From IMG/VR virus record IMGVR_UViG_2675903661_000016: DNA of 17,238 nucleotides. One strand, 5' to 3'. Source of the stretch: a virus (lineage: Duplodnaviria > Heunggongvirae > Uroviricota > Caudoviricetes). A program made the translations under genes and the position numbers. Below the pieces are notes generated by a model, which saw only the letters and a list, made by a program, of their open reading frames with translations, searched no databases and had not been told where the DNA came from. Position 1 is the first letter of the stretch. Every line of letters begins with the position of its first letter. Below, in pieces: positions 7,142-13,345 of the stretch.

Positions 7142-7447
7142 TTAATTTCGCTCACTGGTTGCCTCCTGGAAAATAACCGCATGTCCCAGTTTCTCCGCCA
7201 GTGCCAGTTCTGCCTTAGCGCCTGCCGATCGCTGCCAGCCTTTCAGCATATAAACCGCATCCACACAACGAATCATTGCCATGCAAATATCCATGTACTG
7301 CGGCTGAGTCAGCCCGTCCGGAAGTACTGCCGGGTTTAAAACGGTATGCCCTTCCCGTTTCAGTGCTTCTTCCGCCCTGTGAAACGCCTCGCGGTTGAAA
7401 TTTTCATATCCCGTCATTGGACCGGCGATATAAATGCTCACCCTCAC
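7142..7447 (-). CDS. DUF4406-like protein (nucleoside 2-deoxyribosyltransferase-like fold)
   Basis: 101 aa from GTG 7447 with AGGAGG SD 8 nt upstream; start overlaps the upstream stop (GTGA). N-terminal IYIAGPMTG and C-terminal YMLKGWQRSAGAKAELALAEKLG match the recalled DUF4406 pattern. Confidence 0.6.
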   Translation of the reverse strand: MRVSIYIAGPMTGYENFNREAFHRAEEALKREGHTVLNPAVLPDGLTQPQYMDICMAMIRCVDAVYMLKGWQRSAGAKAELALAEKLGHAVIFQEATSERN

Positions 7448-7698
7448 GCCTGAACCCTCCTGTCGAAATAAACGTAGTTATTCACTATGCGCAGCGGCAT
7501 GCCTAATTTTCTGGCAATTTCCCTTCTTTGCATGCCTCTCTGATGCAGTTGCCGCGCCAGCTCAATATCACGCTGAGAATATTTTGCCGACGGGTGAAAA
7601 TCACCACGTAACATCATGCTGATGCCCAACTCCCGTGCCTTCGTTCTCACTGCCGCTTCAGTTCGTCCGATAAGTGCGCCAATGCTTTTTACCTTCAT
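7444..7698 (-). CDS. Small tandem-HTH protein (NinH-like HTH segment)
   Basis: 84 aa from ATG 7698; two HTH-like segments (IGRTEAAVRTKARELGI and QRREIARKLGMPLRIVNNYV). The longer upstream extension in the ORF track overlaps the preceding gene and lacks an SD. Confidence 0.4.
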   Translation of the reverse strand: MKVKSIGALIGRTEAAVRTKARELGISMMLRGDFHPSAKYSQRDIELARQLHQRGMQRREIARKLGMPLRIVNNYVYFDRRVQA

Positions 7699-7757
7699 TG
7701 TTCCCGCGCACTGCCGGAGTATCAGAATTTCAGCCCGGCACCACGTCTTCCACCCAC

Positions 7758-8474
7758 TCACCGCTGCTGTTCTCTGGTGGCGGTAATATCCCAGAGAATA
7801 TCCCGGCACTTGTTCAGCTCCCGCAGCGCGGCGCAGACTCGCTCCCACTTCTGAACCTGACCTTTTGCCCGGCGCAGCTCGCGGTTAGCCACATGCAGCG
7901 ATGGTAGAATCAGGTCATCTGCTTTCGTTTCGGTGACCGATGGCTGTAACTTCACAATGTCTTCCACGATTTCTGTTTTCATTTCTTCCTGTGTCGTCGT
8001 TTCCTGGACTGGTAACGCAACACCTGCTGGCTGAGGAAAGGCTTTACCATCGGTTTCCGCTACGGATGCAGCTTCCGGCTCTGCCGGTAAATCAGCGCCC
8101 GGTATGCAGTAACGAAATTTACCGCCCTGATTTACGCGAATCAGACGCCCTTTGCTGATTGCCATGGCCAGCGATGAATTCGCCCGGCGGGAGGTAATCC
8201 CGAACATAAGTGCCAGCTCATCCGCCGTTTGTGGGCCATGTTGTTCAATCGCCTCAGTCAGCATTTGCGCTGTCACTTTCGGTACCGGTGACACTGGTTC
8301 ACTTTCACCTGCCTGAGTCAGCCACCACATCGACCCCTTGTTATCCGCTTCACCACGGCGCTTCAGTTTCCACAGTTCGTTGACCGCATCTTCACGGCTG
8401 ATTCCAAGGCGGGCCGCCACTACCTGTGAAGAGGCTCTTTTCAGTGCTTTCAGTGCGTCAAATACGGTTTCCAT
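7758..8474 (-). CDS. Hypothetical protein with two tandem winged-helix-like repeats (recalled as DUF1627-like)
   Basis: 238 aa from ATG 8474 with GGAGG SD 9 nt upstream. Two similar N-terminal segments ([37 protein letters not shown] and [40 protein letters not shown]), then an acidic linker. Confidence 0.5.
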   Translation of the reverse strand: METVFDALKALKRASSQVVAARLGISREDAVNELWKLKRRGEADNKGSMWWLTQAGESEPVSPVPKVTAQMLTEAIEQHGPQTADELALMFGITSRRANSSLAMAISKGRLIRVNQGGKFRYCIPGADLPAEPEAASVAETDGKAFPQPAGVALPVQETTTQEEMKTEIVEDIVKLQPSVTETKADDLILPSLHVANRELRRAKGQVQKWERVCAALRELNKCRDILWDITATREQQR

Positions 8475-8507
8475 TAAAATTTCCTCCGACAAAATCGTTT
8501 CCCAGAT

Positions 8508-9170
8508 TCAAATAAAACCAGCAGCCTTCCGGCGTTCGTATTCCTGTTTCAGCCGTTCAATTGGCGTTGGCCCTTTCGGGTGTTTCGCCCCTTCCAGTTG
8601 TCGTCGCACTGGCGGAACACTCATCCCGTTACCAACATGCTTTGCCCATTTCGTCAGTTGCCGTTCCGCAAGTCGTTTTAACTCACCCTGCGTCATCTGG
8701 CGCTCAATCCCTCTGGTACGCATTTCGAGGCAGATGTGGTACAGCACAGGCTGTGGCCACGGGTATTTATCACTCCCGTCGTATCGCCAGGATTCATTGC
8801 GCCAGCGCCGGTACTCTTCCATCACGGCATCCACCGTAAGACCAAATGGATTTGCCCCACTCTCCGAAATCAGCGCAACAAACTCAGCCAGGTCCGGGGG
8901 CCACGTTTCACCCGCCCGGCAGCGGTCCATGCACTGACGGCAGACCAGACGGATTTGCTGTTCAGTCATCGCACCAATCTGGGCAATCCAGAGCTTCGAA
9001 GGTGCGGCCCCATTCTTCTGAGTCCAGCGGTTCGAATACACCTCCCCCATAAGCTCCCACAGCTTCCAGGCCGTTTCCGTTGCTGATAAATCCGTTTTCA
9101 CGTTCCCACTGTTCGCGTGCTGCCCGGATTTCCTGAACTGCCCGTGATGCCGTGCCACCTGATGCTGCAT
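8508..9170 (-). CDS. Replication protein P-like (lambda P family, helicase loader)
   Basis: 220 aa from ATG 9170 with strong SD AGGGGGT. C-terminal two-thirds parallels lambda P (PxxxxFVA, YPW, ELRRxA-like segments). The first 69 codons overlap the 3' end of the O-like gene in another frame. Confidence 0.65.
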   Translation of the reverse strand: MQHQVARHHGQFRKSGQHANSGNVKTDLSATETAWKLWELMGEVYSNRWTQKNGAAPSKLWIAQIGAMTEQQIRLVCRQCMDRCRAGETWPPDLAEFVALISESGANPFGLTVDAVMEEYRRWRNESWRYDGSDKYPWPQPVLYHICLEMRTRGIERQMTQGELKRLAERQLTKWAKHVGNGMSVPPVRRQLEGAKHPKGPTPIERLKQEYERRKAAGFI

Positions 9171-9999
9171 GGCTTACCCCCTTGCTGACTGGTTTTACCT
9201 GTGCCCTGACGTGCTGCACGTGACGGGCAAATTTCTGCTCCCACTGAACCTGCGTGAAAACCTTCCCCTCCGCCATCCAGTAATCCCGGAATGCGGCAAG
9301 CTCTGCAGGTGTAAATTCCGGCTCAGGCAGAGCCATACCCCACACTACTGCCCGTTGTCGAAAATCCAGCGACGGCTGCCAGACAGTAGTCATCGAAAAT
9401 TTCCCGATGGGTTCGCTCAGGCCATCCAAGAATACAGGGGGCGCTGCCTGTAACGACAAAACTTCCTGCTCACTGGTCGGAGCACTCTCGCGTGCGTTAT
9501 GTGTGGGGTTTAGATCTTTGGGTTCCTTTGGGTTCCGTGATCCGTTTTTGGGTGTCTTTGATGGAAAATTTGGGTGTCTTTGGTTATTTTCCATGCAGCT
9601 AAGAGTTCCGTTTTTGGGTCTGTTTTGTGCTGAAACATAACCATTTTCGGTACTATTTTTATTAACAGTACCAATTTTACCCACCTTTAAAGACTCCCGT
9701 TTTTGGGTGTATTCAGGCTCGGCAACACTTTCTTCTACACCGATAAGTCGGTACACCACAATTTGCTTTGTTCTGCCTTTTCTCTCACCAGTATCAACAA
9801 TTAACCCAATCTCCATCAGGTGTCGTAAACTGTCCTGCACAGTCTTTTTGTTCAGTTCCGTTACTTCTGCCAGTGCAGATATAGACGGGTATGCGCACAA
9901 ATCGGCACCGCACATATCAGCAAGCCAGGTCAATACTGACTTACTGGATGAACTGCCGGTTTTCACCTTTTTAGCCCATCGTAGTGCATCGATACTCAT
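8962..9999 (-). CDS. Replication initiator O-like protein: N-terminal wHTH, iteron-containing linker, DnaT-like C-terminal domain
   Basis: Start taken at ATG 9999 (MSIDALRWAKKV...). C-terminal segment WQPSLDFRQRAVVWGMALPEPEFTPAELAAFRDYWMAEGKVFTQVQWEQKFAR aligns with recalled E. coli DnaT ([53 protein letters not shown]). The linker encodes PKNG repeats over the iterons. Confidence 0.7.
   Translation of the reverse strand: MSIDALRWAKKVKTGSSSSKSVLTWLADMCGADLCAYPSISALAEVTELNKKTVQDSLRHLMEIGLIVDTGERKGRTKQIVVYRLIGVEESVAEPEYTQKRESLKVGKIGTVNKNSTENGYVSAQNRPKNGTLSCMENNQRHPNFPSKTPKNGSRNPKEPKDLNPTHNARESAPTSEQEVLSLQAAPPVFLDGLSEPIGKFSMTTVWQPSLDFRQRAVVWGMALPEPEFTPAELAAFRDYWMAEGKVFTQVQWEQKFARHVQHVRAQVKPVSKGVSHAASGGTASRAVQEIRAAREQWERENGFISNGNGLEAVGAYGGGVFEPLDSEEWGRTFEALDCPDWCDD
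9516..9710. repeat. Iteron-like direct repeats (putative origin of replication) inside the O-like gene
   Basis: Six copies of TTTGGGT at 9517, 9527, 9547, 9569, 9613 and 9703, three within the longer unit CCGTTTTTGGGT (9542, 9608, 9698), plus TTTGGGTGTCTTTG twice. A 50-bp AT-rich stretch (9641-9690) with inverted repeat GGTACT...AGTACC lies between copies. Confidence 0.5.
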
Positions 10000-10522
10000 A
10001 CGAACCCCAGACAGATATTTGTTTATCTGCAAAGTAATGTTGGTATTGCTGACGATACGCACGCTTGAAAGCAATGGCTTTTTCTATAAGCTCATCAGTC
10101 TCACGTTCCACAACAACTGGATCCGCAAAAAGCAGCCCGGACTCCACCACATCGCCATACTCTTTGTTTAACCCGGCGATCATGTACGTAATGCTTTTTC
10201 CGTCAGTAATTTCACAATACAACCTGAAATCACTTACCCGGATAGCCTCCATAATTGCCGGAATCAGCGCCGTGAATTTTTCACGCTTATCCCTGGTGTC
10301 GATAGCCTTCCAGCGTTCGAATATCTTCACTCGATTAACGCCCAGCGCCCGTTGATCAACCTCGCCATCATTAAACGTGACGCGTTGAACATCGATGTTC
10401 GGGCGTTCTTTCAGAGCCCAGAATGCTTCCGTGATTAATATCGTCGCCTGCTCCTGTGTCATTCCTGGTCGGCATACCCAGGCATCCAGAGCCTCACAAA
10501 CCTGTTCAGGGGTGATTTTCAT
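9971..10522 (-). CDS. YdaT-like protein (Rac prophage YdaT / CII-like family)
   Basis: 183 aa from ATG 10522. Segment ERWKAIDTRDKREKFTALIPAIMEAI matches the recalled YdaT pattern (RWLKGETKTQREKIQKLIPAILAI). Overlaps the upstream and downstream genes. Confidence 0.55.
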   Translation of the reverse strand: MKITPEQVCEALDAWVCRPGMTQEQATILITEAFWALKERPNIDVQRVTFNDGEVDQRALGVNRVKIFERWKAIDTRDKREKFTALIPAIMEAIRVSDFRLYCEITDGKSITYMIAGLNKEYGDVVESGLLFADPVVVERETDELIEKAIAFKRAYRQQYQHYFADKQISVWGSYEYRCTTMG

Positions 10523-10772
10523 TGTTCACCGCCAGTGATTCATTCGCTGTAGGCTTAATCCTGCCAATAGTCAAAACCGCATCAGCAGAAAATAATCCGT
10601 TTGATGCCAGAGCAATTTTTTCAGCGTAATTTGTTTCGCCTGTATATTCTGTGCGCGGTAATTTTCCATTATTCATCCATTTGTAGATTGCTCTTTGGCT
10701 GACACCGCAAACATCGGCTACAACAGAAACGCGAACTGCTTTGATTACATCTGCAAGTGTTGTATGGCTCAT
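10506..10772 (-). CDS. Cro/YdaS-like HTH regulator, first gene of the early replication operon
   Basis: 88 aa from ATG 10772 with GAGGG SD. HTH segment VCGVSQRAIYKWMNNGKLP. The upstream in-frame ATG at 10844 lies inside the promoter region and is rejected. Confidence 0.6.
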   Translation of the reverse strand: MSHTTLADVIKAVRVSVVADVCGVSQRAIYKWMNNGKLPRTEYTGETNYAEKIALASNGLFSADAVLTIGRIKPTANESLAVNNENHP

Positions 10773-10803
10773 ATCACCCTCACAATGTGAACTTTGAGTA
10801 CAC

Positions 10804-10844
10804 AATATAACAGAACTGACAGTACATTCAATAGCAAATATCAT
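10804..10844. promoter_or_regulatory. Immunity switch: overlapping divergent promoters with operator-like repeats
   Basis: Plus strand CTGACA (-35, 10816-10821), 17-nt spacer, TATCAT (-10, 10839-10844), placing the start at the repressor ATG (leaderless). Minus strand TTGAAT (-35, 10831..10826), 16-nt spacer, TATATT (-10, 10809..10804). Repeats CACAAT x2, AGTACA x2 and palindrome TTCAAT-N10-ATTGAA. Confidence 0.5.
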
Positions 10845-10851
10845 TGAACTT

Positions 10852-11271
10852 ATGGTTCATGAAGATGAAGCGCGTAAAGAGTTCGCCAGCAGGCTTGCGC
10901 TAGCCTGTGAAAATGCTGGCTTTGAACAACACGGAAGGCAGGCAGAAATTGCCCGTCGAATGAAGCTAACACCCAAAGCGGTTAGTAAATGGTTTAATGG
11001 AGAGGCAATTCCCCGTCGAGAGAAACTGAAAGAATTGGCAGCACTTATCGGAACAACACCAACTTACCTTCTGGGGGAGGACACTGAAGAAAGCGGAAGC
11101 CTGCGTTTCTATCAGGAGTTAAGTCCGAAGCAAAAAATCATCATTGAACTTCTTGATGAACTCCCTGACAGTGAAACTGATGAACTTTTAAAAACTCTTG
11201 AGGAGAAAAAACAGAAGTACAACGCAATTTATGAAGAATTAGCGCGAAAGAAAAAACAAAAAGCCTCCTGA
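10852..11271 (+). CDS. DicA-like prophage repressor (XRE-family HTH, no peptidase domain)
   Basis: 139 aa; HTH GRQAEIARRMKLTPKAVSKWFNG; C-terminal LSPKQKIIIELLDELPDSETDELL parallels recalled DicA (LSPKELELLELFNALPESEQD). No SD before the ATG, consistent with a leaderless transcript. Confidence 0.75.
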   Translation: MVHEDEARKEFASRLALACENAGFEQHGRQAEIARRMKLTPKAVSKWFNGEAIPRREKLKELAALIGTTPTYLLGEDTEESGSLRFYQELSPKQKIIIELLDELPDSETDELLKTLEEKKQKYNAIYEELARKKKQKAS

Positions 11272-11362
11272 ATCTGCATAAATCCGGTAGCTTCCCTCCG
11301 GGTTTATGCTCCTCTCATCCCCTCCTGATATTTTACCCCTCACAAAAATGTACTAAAAGTAC

Positions 11363-11391
11363 TTTACATTAATGAACAGCAGGTACATTAT
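11363..11391 (+). promoter_or_regulatory. Putative early (pL-like) promoter/operator for the ydfA-dicF-dicB-like operon
   Basis: TTTACA (11363-11368), 17-nt spacer, CATTAT (11386-11391); flanked by GTACATT/AGTACT motifs also present in the switch region. Confidence 0.3.
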
Positions 11392-11566
11392 ATCACCAAC
11401 CCACCCCGCCCCACAGAACGCCAGGCAATACTTCGAGTTACCAGGCAGTGGTCAGGGGTTAAGTAGCCAGCCCGAGGCGTATGAACATGACGGCGGGAAC
11501 ACTTTGTATAACAGCGCAGCAGGTTTTTAGTTCCGCGACCCGGCGTTAAGGGCAAATGAGGTCAAC

Positions 11567-11719
11567 ATGGATACGCTCAATCTTGGCAACAACGAATCTC
11601 TGGTATGCGGAGTATTCCCCAACCAGGACGGCACGTTTACCGCGATGACGTATACCAGAAGCAAAACGTTTAAAACTGAAGCTGGCGCGCGTCGCTGGTT
11701 AGCAAGAAACTCTGACTAA
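11567..11719 (+). CDS. Small 50-aa protein, YdfA-like (first gene of the early operon)
   Basis: Not in the ORF track (below size cutoff). ATG 11567 with GAGG SD about 10 nt upstream; product MDTLNLGNNESLVCGVFPNQDGTFTAMTYTRSKTFKTEAGARRWLARNSD. Same size and position as ydfA in Qin. Confidence 0.45.
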   Translation: MDTLNLGNNESLVCGVFPNQDGTFTAMTYTRSKTFKTEAGARRWLARNSD

Positions 11720-11832
11720 TGAAGTCTGGTAGTTAAGGAATCCTCCACGGGGAGAACTGGTGCACACGCGCCGGACACAAGCAAGCATCCGGCATGCTCT
11801 TTAACAATCTGGATATCCATAACAGTAACAAT

Positions 11833-12324
11833 CTACAGATTGCCGTTCAGTTTTCTGGCCAACTCCTCAATAGATGGAGGCGATACATAATCCGGATTTT
11901 TATTCATAAGAAACTGATTTTCACAGTAGAGGCACCTGCTTTTATGAAAAAACTCATGTTCTCTAACCGGGAATGGTTGAAGTATCGATACTATCTTTTG
12001 TCCAAAACATTTTGGACAAAGATGCATGATTATGCTGCCGCCGTTCACGGTTACCTCCTTCGAGTACACAAAAGTTCCCGACTCAAGTTGGTTAAGGATA
12101 TAACCTTCCGTCTGAGCCTCAAAGTTTTCAAATTCTGCAATTTTAGCTTTGAGAGAAGCATTTATTTCTTGATAAGTGCTCACCAGCTCAACGAGAGACA
12201 CGCATTCGTGCTGAATAGATGCAAGCTTTGAGTTCAGTTCACCAATAGCCGCATTTACTTCAGCTTGAGTTTTTGCCTCGTTCATTAGTTTTGTAATCTG
12301 AGCGGTTTCACGAATAGCCGTCAT
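11833..12324 (-). CDS. Hypothetical coiled-coil protein with C-terminal Cys4 zinc-ribbon-like motif; antisense AT-rich moron inside the early operon
   Basis: ORF 11833..12390 (TTG); start taken at ATG 12324 (163 aa), ATG 12285 also possible. Long heptad-like helical region, then CPKC...CLYC. About 40 percent GC, markedly below neighbours. Confidence 0.5.
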   Translation of the reverse strand: MTAIRETAQITKLMNEAKTQAEVNAAIGELNSKLASIQHECVSLVELVSTYQEINASLKAKIAEFENFEAQTEGYILNQLESGTFVYSKEVTVNGGSIIMHLCPKCFGQKIVSILQPFPVREHEFFHKSRCLYCENQFLMNKNPDYVSPPSIEELARKLNGNL

Positions 12325-12660
12325 TGCTGCCGTTAATTCAGCGATCACATTCAATACTCTTATTGTTGTTGGGGATATCCAGATTAACAAGCTCCTTGTT
12401 GTTGGGGAATAACAGGTCCACCTCGCCTGACGTGGTTAAAAGCAGGCACACAACACGAAAGCGCTCGGCGAAGTTAGTCTCTCTGTATATGTCGTCGTTA
12501 AATGTAATTCGATCGTGCGCTTCCGGTTGTGGCAATCCGCGAAATGGCGCGGCGGTAAGTATGGCTGGGGCTTCCTCCATTGCTCCAGAAAATGCACCGG
12601 GTTGTCAGGTTGACCATACGCCTGAGTGACAACACCGCCACAACAACCTCTGTTATCACT

Positions 12661-12700
12661 TTTCTGGTGATTCGGCGGAAATGGATATCCGCCATTTTTA
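12661..12700 (+). ncRNA. dicF: DicF-like small RNA (compact variant) ending in an intrinsic terminator
   Basis: TTTCTGGTGATTC-GGCGGA-AATGGATA-TCCGCC-ATTTTTAAAG. The 5' decamer TTTCTGGTGA and the GGCGG/CCGCC arms plus T-tract match recalled DicF, and the downstream AAAGTGTATTTTGTGATGCGGTGAATGCGG resembles the recalled dicF-dicB spacer. The central part of DicF appears absent. Confidence 0.45.
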
Positions 12701-12876
12701 AAGTGTATTTTGTGATGCGGTGAATGCGGCTAAGCGCACGCGGAACAGTTAAAACAAGCGGTCTTTTACTGGCGTAACAGACATCAACTAACAATCCGGC
12801 GTTAATTGTTAACTGGTTAACGTCACCTGGAGGCACCAGGCACCACATCACAAAATTCATTGTTGAGGACGCGATA

Positions 12877-13065
12877 ATGGAAACGTCACTACCAAACGTT
12901 AATACGTCTGAAGGGTGTTTTAATATTGGTATTCTGCTCAGTAACCGGGAGTTTACTGAGGACGCCATCAGGATGAGAAAATATGAGCCTTATCTTCTCA
13001 ATGATAATTCCATACTCTCCAGAATTGCCCTTCTTGAACTTGGCATTTTCGGAGGGCAGCAGTGA
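12877..13065 (+). CDS. dicB: DicB-like cell-division inhibitor (62 aa)
   Basis: GAGGA SD before ATG 12877. Product METSLPNVNTSEGCFNIGILLSNREFTEDAIRMRK... versus recalled DicB MKTLLPNVNTSEGCFEIGVTISNPVFTEDAINKRK...; same length and position after dicF. Confidence 0.55.
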   Translation: METSLPNVNTSEGCFNIGILLSNREFTEDAIRMRKYEPYLLNDNSILSRIALLELGIFGGQQ

Positions 13066-13250
13066 CTTCTGCATTTGCACTGGTAATGACGGTTTTTCTT
13101 ATAACGGGTGAGCCACAGAATGTGATTACCGGAATTTATGCCAGTAAAGAATCCTGCCATCAGGCAAGAGACGAGCAAAAAATTTCCGGTGAATGTCTCC
13201 CGTTAAACAAAGTATCGCTGTACCTGAATAACGAAATACCGGCTGGATAA
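13062..13250 (+). CDS. YdfD-like small protein with N-terminal hydrophobic segment (putative lysis/membrane protein)
   Basis: GTG 13062 with GGAGGG SD, overlapping the dicB-like stop (GTGA). N-terminal AFALVMTVFLITG is hydrophobic. Position and size match ydfD. Confidence 0.45.
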   Translation: MTSAFALVMTVFLITGEPQNVITGIYASKESCHQARDEQKISGECLPLNKVSLYLNNEIPAG

Positions 13251-13345
13251 CCCGCCAGCCATATTAACGCCATACCAACGGATTAAAAATGCCAGCAATG
13301 GCAGGGATTCGTTCACCCTGAAATCTGTAATGAGGTTTAAACACA

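Noticed and set aside
8338-9086. Plus-strand ORFs (199, 92, 116, 68 aa) antisense to the P-like and DUF1627-like genes
   Set aside because: Shadow ORFs in GC-rich coding sequence on the opposite strand; Ser/Arg/Pro-rich translations, no ribosome-binding sites.
9516-9710. Possibility that the short repeats are a CRISPR array
   Set aside because: Units are 7-12 bp with irregular 10-90 bp spacing and sit inside a replication-initiator gene, consistent with origin iterons rather than 28-37 bp CRISPR repeats with unique spacers.
10773-10844. Longer N-terminal extension of the Cro/YdaS-like gene starting at ATG 10844
   Set aside because: That start would lie within the divergent promoter, upstream of the predicted transcription start, and has no SD; ATG 10772 has a GAGGG SD.
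11770-11800. Weak hairpin (AGCAT-CCGGC-ATGCT) after the ydfA-like gene as a terminator
   Set aside because: Stem is only 5 bp and the trailing tract is not convincingly T-rich; noted as possible but not reported as a feature.
12324-12968. ORFs in the 12400-12870 gap (plus 12324..12629, minus 12338..12580 and 12498..12968)
   Set aside because: Low-complexity, mutually overlapping, no SD sequences. The region instead contains the DicF-like element, its terminator and palindromes, so I treat it as non-coding.
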